Shown here piece by piece: positions 8,569-19,942 of a DNA stretch of 32,000 bases. Position 1 is the stretch's first letter, and each line of letters opens with the position of its first letter. The position numbers and the translations under genes were made by a program. The stretch comes from Mycobacterium tuberculosis H37Rv (lineage in GTDB: Bacteria; Actinomycetota; Actinomycetes; Mycobacteriales; Mycobacteriaceae): contig NC_000962.3 in assembly GCF_000195955.2 (NCBI RefSeq), forward strand, positions 3,480,001-3,512,000, in the 5' to 3' direction. The notes under the pieces were generated by a model. That model was not told the origin of the DNA and searched no databases. It saw nothing but the letters and a program-made list of their open reading frames with translations.

Positions 8569-9063
8569 TTGCGCTCGCGGTCGGTGCGCTGGGATCCTCG
8601 GTGCCGACCTGGTCGCAGTGGAGTTGGCGATCCGCACTGCGATGACCCGGCTGGGCTCCTCGCTGCTGGAGCAGCTGCTGGGCGCCGACACCGGGCACCG
8701 GGGCCAGCGCATCGATTGCGGGCAAGGGCATTGCGCGTGGTTCGTCGGTTACCGCGACAAGAACCTCGATACCGTGCTGGACCGGGTCCGGTTGCTCCGC
8801 GCCTGCTACCACTGCCGCACCTGCGGGCGTGGGATGGCGCCCCCTGGATCTGGAACCTGGCCACCGCGATCCTGCCCGAAGCCACCCCGATCGTGGACCT
8901 CTACCACGCTCGCCAGCACGTCCACGACCTCGCCGGCCAGCTCGCACCCGCCCTCGGCGAACACCACAGTGACTGGCTGACCGCCCGGCTGGTCGACCTC
9001 GACTCCGGCGACATCGAAACGCTGGTTCAACAACCGATCGGGCAGCACACCGGTCACACGTAA
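8569..9063 (+). pseudogene. C-terminal fragment of the same decayed DDE transposase (Rv3123-like)
   Basis: Contains DGAPWIWNLATAILPEATPIVDLYHARQHVHDLA, a block I associate with ISKra4/ISL3-like transposases (family assignment from memory, low confidence). The junction near 8825-8845 suggests an internal deletion of the catalytic core. Confidence 0.55.
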
Positions 9064-9094
9064 CGAAGTGTGCATGAAACCCGGAGTGGTTCAG
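9061..9094 (+). repeat. Copy B of the ~33-bp imperfect direct repeat
   Basis: Begins exactly at the TAA stop of the transposase fragment and matches 6281-6313. Confidence 0.8.
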
Positions 9095-9318
9095 GGGTCC
9101 GCCGCGCTCGTCCGCGCTGTGAGGGTCTCGGCACTACCACGAGATGAGATCGAGGCACCAGGTGCATTGTGCACCACATTCTGGCGATGTTGGTGAGGTT
9201 TGTTCCTGCGCCCGTCCGTGGCGCGTTCGGGATCGTTGGGGTTGGCCGGTTGCCCACCTCGGCGGAAGCGGACGGTGAGCGCGGCCGAGTCGTCGACATT
9301 TGGCGGTAGGAGGTTTCG

Positions 9319-9452
9319 ATGCTGTTTGTCAGCGTGGCCCCGGAGTCGGTAGGGGTGGCGGCGGCGACTCTTGTTGGGCCCCCGTTGATCGGCAACGGCG
9401 CCGATCGGCCCCCGGCACCGGACAAGCCGGCGGGATCTTGTGGGGCAACGGC
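9319..9452 (+). pseudogene. PE_PGRS-like micro-remnant (PE N-terminus fused to one PGRS-type repeat, frameshifted)
   Basis: AGGAGG (9308-9313) precedes ATG 9319, encoding MLFVSVAPESVGVAAATLVG (compare the PE start MSFVxxxPE..AAA.L.G). This is followed by LIGNGAD and, in the +1 frame, APGTGQAGGILWGNG, a typical PGRS block. Confidence 0.5.
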
Positions 9453-9505
9453 CGTTTTCGCCCAATCACAGGAGTGGAGTTTTGAACGCAACGACGGCAG
9501 GTGCT

Positions 9506-10375
9506 GTGCAATTCAACGTCTTAGGACCACTGGAACTAAACCTCCGGGGCACCAAACTGCCATTGGGAACGCCGAAACAACGTGCCGTGCTCGCCATGCT
9601 GTTGCTATCCCGGAACCAAGTCGTAGCGGCCGACGCACTGGTCCAGGCAATCTGGGAGAAGTCGCCACCTGCACGAGCCCGACGCACCGTCCACACGTAC
9701 ATTTGCAACCTTCGCCGGACCCTGAGCGATGCAGGCGTTGATTCGCGCAACATCTTGGTTAGTGAGCCGCCGGGCTATCGCCTTCTCATTGGAGATCGAC
9801 AGCAATGCGATCTCGACCGTTTCGTGGCAGCGAAAGAATCGGGACTGCGCGCTTCTGCCAAAGGATATTTTAGCGAGGCGATCCGTTATCTAGATTCGGC
9901 CTTGCAGAATTGGCGCGGTCCAGTACTGGGGGACCTACGCAGCTTTATGTTTGTCCAAATGTTCAGCAGGGCGTTGACCGAAGATGAGCTCCTCGTCCAT
10001 ACGAAGCTGGCCGAAGCTGCAATCGCCTGCGGACGCGCCGACGTCGTTATCCCTAAATTGGAAAGACTCGTTGCGATGCATCCTTATCGCGAGTCGTTAT
10101 GGAAGCAGTTAATGCTCGGCTACTACGTGAACGAATACCAGTCCGCGGCAATCGACGCATATCATAGACTCAAGTCCACGCTCGCAGAGGAACTCGGTGT
10201 TGAGCCGGCACCCACGATACGTGCGCTCTACCACAAAATTCTTCGCCAATTGCCCATGGACGATCTCGTCGGCCGAGTCACGCGTGGCAGGGTTGACTTG
10301 CGTGGCGGCAACGGCGCTAAGGTAGAGGAACTGACCGAGAGCGATAAGGATCTCCTTCCCATCGGTTTGGCATAA
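9506..10375 (+). CDS. moaR1: SARP (AfsR/DnrI/RedD) family transcriptional activator of the moa1 locus
   Basis: It has an OmpR-type winged helix (FNVLGPLEL..GTPKQRAVLAMLLL..AIW) plus a BTAD domain. The start is ambiguous: GTG 9506 (289 aa as I recall) or TTG 9482, which has AGGAG 7 nt upstream. Confidence 0.9.
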   Translation: MQFNVLGPLELNLRGTKLPLGTPKQRAVLAMLLLSRNQVVAADALVQAIWEKSPPARARRTVHTYICNLRRTLSDAGVDSRNILVSEPPGYRLLIGDRQQCDLDRFVAAKESGLRASAKGYFSEAIRYLDSALQNWRGPVLGDLRSFMFVQMFSRALTEDELLVHTKLAEAAIACGRADVVIPKLERLVAMHPYRESLWKQLMLGYYVNEYQSAAIDAYHRLKSTLAEELGVEPAPTIRALYHKILRQLPMDDLVGRVTRGRVDLRGGNGAKVEELTESDKDLLPIGLA

Positions 10376-10475
10376 CTACGCCCCTCAATGCAAGCGAGCT
10401 GATTCGATGTTGTCGAGCCGGAGCCCGCTCCGACCTCCGTCACACAGACCGGACTACGAATACTGACCCGCGCTG

Positions 10476-11651
10476 CTAGCCAACCCCGGTTCGTGGAATC
10501 ACAGTGAGACGTGCCTGCGTGACATGCCAACCCGCACCATCACGATCCATCAGCCCACCGGGCATACCAGCGCCGGCACCGCTAATACTCATTGGCATCA
10601 GCATCATCGGCATACCACCACCGGCGGCCCCGGCCGCCTGCGTCAGCGCGACTGGGTTAGGCGGCACACCCAACCCGGACATCGCTGAAGAAGCCATCGA
10701 AATGGGTATCGACCCCTGCCACGTCGGCGGCACCGACATCGACCCCACCAACTGAGCCTGCCCTAAGCCAGCGGACATCCCCGCACCCAATTCCCGACCG
10801 CCTAGCGGCTTGAACGCCGGAATAGCCGCACCACTCGGGTTCGGCGTATTCGCGGCAGCCAACCCGCCAGCCGGCGGACCTAACCTGGTCGCGCTTTCAC
10901 GCGCCATACTCGCCAACGTCGTTATCGGCGACGTCAGGATGCGGACCGGGAGAAACAACATCGACGCATGTTGCAACGGCAGCTGCGACACCAGCGACTG
11001 CATCCCGCTCATCACGGTCGGCACCGACGCCATCGCACCCTCGACCACCGGCGTCACGGCAGCCGACGCCGTCGTCGCCATCCCGGCAACCTGGGTACCC
11101 ACCTGCGCGGCCAACCCGGCTAAGCTCACCGGCGGCAGACTAAATGGCGCCAACGTCGCCGCCACGGACTTTGCCCCAGCGTGATAGCCCACCATCGCAG
11201 CCACATCCTGAGCCCACATCTCCAGGTAATCGAACTCCGTGGCTGCGATCGCCGGGGTGTTCTGACCCAAAACGTTCGCCGCTATCAACGACGCCAGCGA
11301 CACCCGATTCGCCGTCACCGCCGTCGGATGCACCGTGGCCGCCAACGCGGCCTCAAACGCCGTCGCTGCCGCGCGAGCCTGAATGGCCGCCAGCTGCGCC
11401 TGCGACGCCACCGTGCTCAACCACCCGACATACGGAGACGCGGCAGCAGCCATCGACATCGACGCCGGACCGGTCCACGGCCCAGTCGTCAACGCGGCGA
11501 GCACCGACTCAAACGACGATGCCGATGCCCACAAATCCGCGGCTAGCCCCTCCCACGCCGAGGCCGCCGCAAACAACGGCCCCGAGCCGGCTCCGGCAAA
11601 CATGCGCGCCGAGTTGATCTCCGGCGGCAGCCACGAAAAGCCCAAAACCAT
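10476..11651 (-). CDS. PPE49: PPE family protein
   Basis: 391-aa ORF with the N-terminal PPE domain ([20 protein letters not shown]...). Confidence 0.95.
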   Translation of the reverse strand: MVLGFSWLPPEINSARMFAGAGSGPLFAAASAWEGLAADLWASASSFESVLAALTTGPWTGPASMSMAAAASPYVGWLSTVASQAQLAAIQARAAATAFEAALAATVHPTAVTANRVSLASLIAANVLGQNTPAIAATEFDYLEMWAQDVAAMVGYHAGAKSVAATLAPFSLPPVSLAGLAAQVGTQVAGMATTASAAVTPVVEGAMASVPTVMSGMQSLVSQLPLQHASMLFLPVRILTSPITTLASMARESATRLGPPAGGLAAANTPNPSGAAIPAFKPLGGRELGAGMSAGLGQAQLVGSMSVPPTWQGSIPISMASSAMSGLGVPPNPVALTQAAGAAGGGMPMMLMPMSISGAGAGMPGGLMDRDGAGWHVTQARLTVIPRTGVG

Positions 11652-11807
11652 CGCAACCCCAGCCCAATCAGCCGCCCAGAAGGGTCTCGTACAAGGGTTA
11701 ACTAAACAATCGTTACCGAATGAATCGACACATCGTGACGCACCGATGGCTCAGCACGCCGGACTTCTAGAACAACGAGCACAACGGATATGATGCGGCA
11801 GGCATCT

Positions 11808-12122
11808 TCATGGATTGTCAATGACAGCCCAAACCGCCTTCGGCCACTGGCATTGGTGCACTGCACCGTGCGCCATTCGTGGCGACAACTGCGAGCGGGA
11901 GCGGGACCAAGGATGATGGTCCCGGTCGCGACGGGCGCGATCCCGCTCCGGAGTGGTCAACGCATCAAACGACAAAGCGCTCAGCTCATCGACCGCAGCA
12001 TCGAGCCGGTCCAGCGCCGCGACCAAACTAGAATTCTCGCGCAGACACCGCTGAAACGACAGTGACGCAAGGGATTTCATTGAGAGGACCAATGACCCTA
12101 TTTGATCAAACCGGATGACCAT
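11808..12122 (-). CDS. Hypothetical protein Rv3126c-like; probable N-terminal remnant of a REP13E12/DUF222 family gene
   Basis: 104 codons from ATG 12122 (alternative ATG at 12080). The block [26 protein letters not shown] matches the conserved N-terminal block of mycobacterial 13E12-repeat proteins as I recall. The remainder is low-complexity and R/S/D-rich. Confidence 0.4.
12082..12101. promoter_or_regulatory. Candidate DosR box (GAG AGGAC CAAT GACCC TAT)
   Basis: Each half-site matches 4 of 5 positions of the DosR core GGGAC-TWWA-GTCCC. It is centred ~55 bp upstream of the Rv3127 GTG. Confidence 0.4.
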
Positions 12123-12146
12123 ACCGTCAACGTTGTGGACATACAG

Positions 12147-13181
12147 GTGCTCAAGAACGCAGTCTTGCTGGCATGCCGGGCGCCGTCGGTGCACAACAGC
12201 CAGCCCTGGCGTTGGGTGGCCGAAAGCGGCTCCGAGCACACTACTGTGCACCTGTTCGTCAACCGCCACCGAACGGTGCCGGCCACCGACCATTCCGGCC
12301 GGCAAGCGATCATCAGTTGCGGTGCCGTACTCGATCACCTTCGCATCGCCATGACGGCCGCGCACTGGCAGGCGAATATCACTCGCTTTCCCCAGCCGAA
12401 CCAACCTGACCAGTTGGCCACCGTCGAATTCAGTCCCATCGATCACGTCACGGCGGGACAGCGAAACCGCGCCCAGGCGATTCTGCAGCGCCGAACCGAT
12501 CGGCTTCCGTTTGACAGCCCGATGTACTGGCACCTGTTTGAGCCCGCGCTGCGCGACGCCGTCGACAAAGACGTTGCGATGCTTGATGTGGTATCCGACG
12601 ACCAGCGAACACGACTGGTGGTAGCGTCACAACTCAGCGAAGTCCTGCGGCGGGACGATCCGTACTATCACGCCGAACTCGAATGGTGGACTTCACCGTT
12701 CGTGCTGGCCCATGGTGTGCCGCCGGATACGCTGGCATCAGACGCCGAACGCTTGCGGGTTGACCTGGGCCGTGACTTCCCGGTCCGGAGCTACCAGAAT
12801 CGCCGTGCCGAGCTAGCTGATGACCGATCGAAAGTCCTTGTGCTGTCGACCCCTAGCGACACGCGAGCCGACGCACTGAGGTGTGGCGAAGTGCTGTCGA
12901 CCATCCTACTCGAGTGCACCATGGCCGGCATGGCTACCTGCACGTTGACCCATCTGATCGAATCCAGTGACAGTCGTGACATCGTGCGGGGCCTGACGAG
13001 GCAGCGAGGCGAGCCGCAAGCCTTGATCCGGGTAGGGATAGCCCCGCCGTTGGCAGCAGTTCCCGCCCCCACACCACGGCGGCCGCTGGACAGCGTCTTG
13101 CAGATTCGCCAGACGCCCGAGAAAGGGCGTAATGCCTCAGATAGAAATGCCCGTGAAACGGGTTGGTTCAGCCCGCCTTGA
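12147..13181 (+). CDS. Acg-family nitroreductase-like protein (Rv3127-like)
   Basis: The ORF opens at TTG 12102; GTG 12147 gives the 344 aa I recall. The [13 protein letters not shown] motif is shared with the paralogue at 16551..17549. Confidence 0.88.
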
Positions 13182-14424
13182 TCAGGATGCCTTTGTGGAT
13201 GTCGGGTAGGGCGGTGGGGATGTTAGCGAGGTAGAGCTGCTCGGTTTTCTCCTTGGCCAAGATGAGGAGTCGGTTCTGCAGGTCGGCGATTTTGCGGCCG
13301 ATCTGGGCGGGGTTGAGGCTGTCTCGGTAGGTGATCAGGTCGGCCTGCTGGGCCGCGGAGAGCACCCTTGCGGCCAGTGGCCGGTCCAGCGGCGTCTGTG
13401 GGGCATCGTAGAGGCGTCGGCGGCGGCCGTCGGCGCTGCTGGCATACCCGATCGGTTTGATGGTCGGGGTGAGGTAGTTGAGGCGGTCGTTGACCAGCTT
13501 CCACATCCGGTTGAGCACGGCGCGTTCCTCGGCGGTGTCATAGCGGTAGTAGAACGCGTACTTGCGGACCAGGTGGTTGTTCTTGGACTCGATGGTGGCC
13601 TAGTGGTTTTTCTTGTACGGGCGAAAGCGGGTGAAGTAGATACCGTTGTCGCCGGCCCAGCTGATGACCGGCTTGTTGAGAAACACGGTGCCGTTGTCGA
13701 AATCTAAACCCGTTATCCCATGCGGGATCTCGGTGACAGAAGCTTTGAGCCCGGCGAGGATGTGGGTACGGGCGTTGTTGCGGACGGTGCGGGTGAACAC
13801 CCATCCGATGTGCACGTCGGTCAAGTTCAGGGTGTGGGCGAACTCGCCTTTGAGCGTCGGACCGCAATGGGCGACGGTGTCGCCCTCGAAGAACCCCGGC
13901 TCCGCCTCGACCTCATCGCCGGCCCTGCGAACCTTGATCGAATTACGCAGCAGTGGTGAGGGTTTCGTCGTCGACACACCCGATATCTGGTCTTTGGCCT
14001 TCGCGGTCTTCAGATAACGATCGATGCTGGCCGCACTCATCGCCAACAGCTCCTCACGCACCTCGGGGCCATAGCGGTCACGCCCAAACTCCAACACACC
14101 GTGACGTTCCAACCCATCAAGCTGCAGCACCATCGAGGCGGCAAGATACTTCCCGCACTGCCCACCCGAGGCGGACCACACCCTCTGCAACACCTTCAGC
14201 GCGTCATAGGAGTACTTCAGCGAACGCGGTTTGCGCCGCCGCTTGGCAACACTGCGGCCCAGCCCCGGCGATAGCTTGGCCGCTGCGACAAGCCGGCGCC
14301 GCGCGTTATCACGTGACTAGCCCGTCAGGTCAACCACCTGGTCGAAAATCCGGCCCCGGCTCTTCTTCAAAGCCTGCACATACGCCTTGGCGTACCTGCT
14401 GGTGACCTCCGCGCGAGATCTCAT
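13168..14424 (-). pseudogene. DDE (integrase-core) transposase gene with two in-frame TAG codons (Rv3128c-like)
   Basis: A single frame runs from ATG 14424 (or 14442) to the stop at 13168, with in-frame TAG codons at 14317-14319 and 13600-13602. A DD(35)E triad is visible: FFEGDTVAH, GLDFDNGTVF, then ATIESKNNH just after the second TAG. Confidence 0.8.
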
Positions 14425-14537
14425 CGACAACCCACTTCCCATGCCTCACGACGGTCACCATGTCGCGGGCATATTTACGTGAGGCACCGAGGGTGTTTCG
14501 CGGGCATTCTTGGTGAGTCAAGTCGAACGGTTGAGCC

Positions 14538-14649
14538 ATGATCGACGATTCCGTTACCGTGCTGTCAGAAGACGAAAGTTGGCACCGGCTGGGCAGCGTT
14601 GCACTCGGTCGGCTAGTTACCACCTTTGCTGATGAGCCTGGGATCTTCC
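14538..14649 (+). pseudogene. Displaced N-terminal segment of the Rv3129 PPOX-type gene (different frame)
   Basis: ATG 14538 encodes MIDDSVTVLSEDESWHRLGSVALGRLVTTFADEPGIF. This matches the usual N-terminus of pyridoxamine-5'-phosphate-oxidase-like proteins, and the frame breaks at 14648-14649. Confidence 0.6.
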
Positions 14650-14659
14650 AGTCAATTTC

Positions 14660-14992
14660 GTGGTGCAAGGCCGCACCGTGCTGTTTCGTACCGCGGAGGG
14701 CGCCAAATTATTTTCAGCCGTCGCGAAGTGCGCGGTGGCTTTCGAGGCGGACGACCACAACGTTGCCGAGGGCTGGAGCGTGATCGTCAAGGTTCGCGCC
14801 CAGGTGCTGACGACCGACGCGGGGGTCCGCGAAGCCGAACGCGCCCAGTTACTACCGTGGACCGCGACGCTGAAACGTCACTGTGTGCGGGTGATCCCGT
14901 GGGAGATCACCGGCCGCCACTTCAGGTTCGGTCCGGAACCGGACCGCAGCCAGACCTTTGCCTGCGAGGCCTCGTCACACAACCAGCGATAG
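14660..14992 (+). CDS. PPOX/split-barrel family protein, annotated short form (Rv3129-like)
   Basis: 110 codons from GTG 14660 (VQGRTVLFRTAEGAKLF...). The same frame upstream reads PVNF, which continues the family motif. Confidence 0.75.
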   Translation: MVQGRTVLFRTAEGAKLFSAVAKCAVAFEADDHNVAEGWSVIVKVRAQVLTTDAGVREAERAQLLPWTATLKRHCVRVIPWEITGRHFRFGPEPDRSQTFACEASSHNQR

Positions 14993-16366
14993 CGCTCCGC
15001 GCCTGCGAGTCACCTTGCGCCGCTTACTGATCGCCACCAGCCGTGCGACGGCGTCTTCAATTCCTCGCGCCAGCTGGCCGGCATCTGCTACCACGTCGTA
15101 GTCGGCCAGGATCCCGAAGTACAGGTCGTCGGCGTAGCTGAGCATCGCGACACTGGTGCGCAGTTGCATCGCGATCGGCGAAACCGGGTATAGGTCAAGC
15201 ACCCGTCTGCCCATAATCTGCAGCGGCCGTCGTGGACCCGGCACATTTGTCGCCACGGTGACAACACCACGCTGCGGCAGCCGCATCAACAGCCCGACCG
15301 CCCATGCGGTCATGGGGAACGGAAGGCGGTTGGCAATCGCCATCAAAGTATTTCCGAATTGTCTCTGTCCCCCCGCCTTGGCCCGAGTCAGCCGCGAGTG
15401 CACGATCCGCAGCCGCTGCAGCGGGTTCTCTTGATCCACCGGCAGGTTGGGCAGCATTAACGAAACACGGTTATCGGTCTTGCTCAAAGCGCTGTTGGAA
15501 CGCGTCGAGACCGGCACTAGCGTACGCAGCGAATCAAACCTAGGCCGCTCACCCCGCTGGATGAGGACGTTGCGGTAGCTTTCCGTAATCGCGGCAAGCG
15601 CAACATCATTGATGGTGACGTCGAATTTCCGGCACACCTGTTCGACGTCGGCGAGAGGGACCTTTGCTGCGCTGTAGCGACGCAAATCACTGATCGGCCC
15701 GTTCAACGACGACGCGGCGGGACTTAGCACGCCGGCCGCGATCTCACTGGCACCCTTGGCCGCGCGAACGATGCCTGCCATCACGGCGGTCGACGCGGTC
15801 AACGCCTCGCTTGGATTGACACGGAATCCACCCCGCCGCACAGATGCGGATTGCGACTGCATGGTCGTGTGGATGTTGCTCGCGAAGCTGTCGCTCATAC
15901 TTTCATCGGAGAGCCCAGCTAGCAGGTGAGTCGCCGCGATTCCGTCGGCCATGCAGTGGTGCAGTTTGGTCAGGATCGCCCACTTGCTGTCCGCCAGGCC
16001 TTCGATGACCCAGACCTCCCACAGCGGTCGACCCCGGTCCAAACGACGCGCCATCAGATCGGCGATCAGCTCGAATAACTGGTCTTCGTTGCCAGGCCGC
16101 GGCAAGGCGATGCGCCACACATGACGGCCAAGATCGAAGTCGGGATCGTCCACCCATTTGGGTGCACCGAGGTCGAACGGGCGCAGGCGTAACCGCTGCC
16201 CGAACCGGGTACAGGGACGTAGGCGTTGAGCGAGCGACGATAAGAAGGCTTCCTGATCGGGAGCCGGCCCCTCGATGACCGCCAGAGCGCCGATTGCCAG
16301 ACTCACGTGCCGATCCACGTCTTCTGCCTTGAGAAACCCGGCGTCAAGTGTCGTTAGGTGATTCAT
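14975..16366 (-). CDS. tgs1: Triacylglycerol synthase (WS/DGAT family)
   Basis: 463-aa ORF with the catalytic HHxxxDG motif (LHHCMADG). Confidence 0.97.
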   Translation of the reverse strand: MNHLTTLDAGFLKAEDVDRHVSLAIGALAVIEGPAPDQEAFLSSLAQRLRPCTRFGQRLRLRPFDLGAPKWVDDPDFDLGRHVWRIALPRPGNEDQLFELIADLMARRLDRGRPLWEVWVIEGLADSKWAILTKLHHCMADGIAATHLLAGLSDESMSDSFASNIHTTMQSQSASVRRGGFRVNPSEALTASTAVMAGIVRAAKGASEIAAGVLSPAASSLNGPISDLRRYSAAKVPLADVEQVCRKFDVTINDVALAAITESYRNVLIQRGERPRFDSLRTLVPVSTRSNSALSKTDNRVSLMLPNLPVDQENPLQRLRIVHSRLTRAKAGGQRQFGNTLMAIANRLPFPMTAWAVGLLMRLPQRGVVTVATNVPGPRRPLQIMGRRVLDLYPVSPIAMQLRTSVAMLSYADDLYFGILADYDVVADAGQLARGIEDAVARLVAISKRRKVTRRRGALSLVV

Positions 16367-16440
16367 GGTCAGCGCCTTCCCCGGTGATCCGGATTATCTG
16401 CAACCGTCAGTACCACTCTCCGCTGCGAGGAGCCGTTGAG

Positions 16441-16460
16441 GCAGGGCCAAAGGTCCTCCG
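16441..16460. promoter_or_regulatory. DosR box (GCA GGGCC AAAG GTCCT CCG) in the tgs1/Rv3131 divergent region
   Basis: Good match to the GGGAC-TWWA-GTCCC core. It is centred 84 bp from the tgs1 ATG and 100 bp from the Rv3131 ATG. Confidence 0.7.
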
Positions 16461-16550
16461 CTGGCGAGCCTTCGTGCTCTGCCACCGCGGCTGTCGACGC
16501 GCGATCCTTAATAGATGACCGCAGCCGTTGATGGGAAAGGCCCGGCAGCC

Positions 16551-19915
<3,365 letters not shown>

Positions 19916-19942
19916 CAGGGCACCACTCCCAAGATCCGCTCC

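Noticed and set aside
8120-8980. 286-aa plus-strand ORF spanning the Rv3122/Rv3123 region
   Set aside because: Only its middle part (about 8625-8835) carries transposase-like sequence. The rest is an out-of-frame read of the decayed IS, so it is not an intact gene.
11808-12533. Full 241-aa minus-strand ORF as a long form of Rv3126c
   Set aside because: Its upstream 137 codons are antisense to the well-supported 5' part of the Rv3127 nitroreductase gene and have no family resemblance. Only the distal 104 (or 90) codons are plausible.
13600-14319. Possibility that the two in-frame TAG codons of the Rv3128c-like gene are recoded (pyrrolysine or read-through)
   Set aside because: No Pyl machinery is known in mycobacteria. 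Both sites are explained by single transitions from the Trp/Gln codons expected in this transposase family. Pseudogenisation is the simpler reading.
14640-14655. Programmed -1 ribosomal frameshift joining the two Rv3129 frames
   Set aside because: The junction (GGGATCTTCCAGTC) has no X_XXY_YYZ slippery heptamer, and I saw no obvious downstream stimulatory structure. A 1-nt deletion in a C run is more likely.
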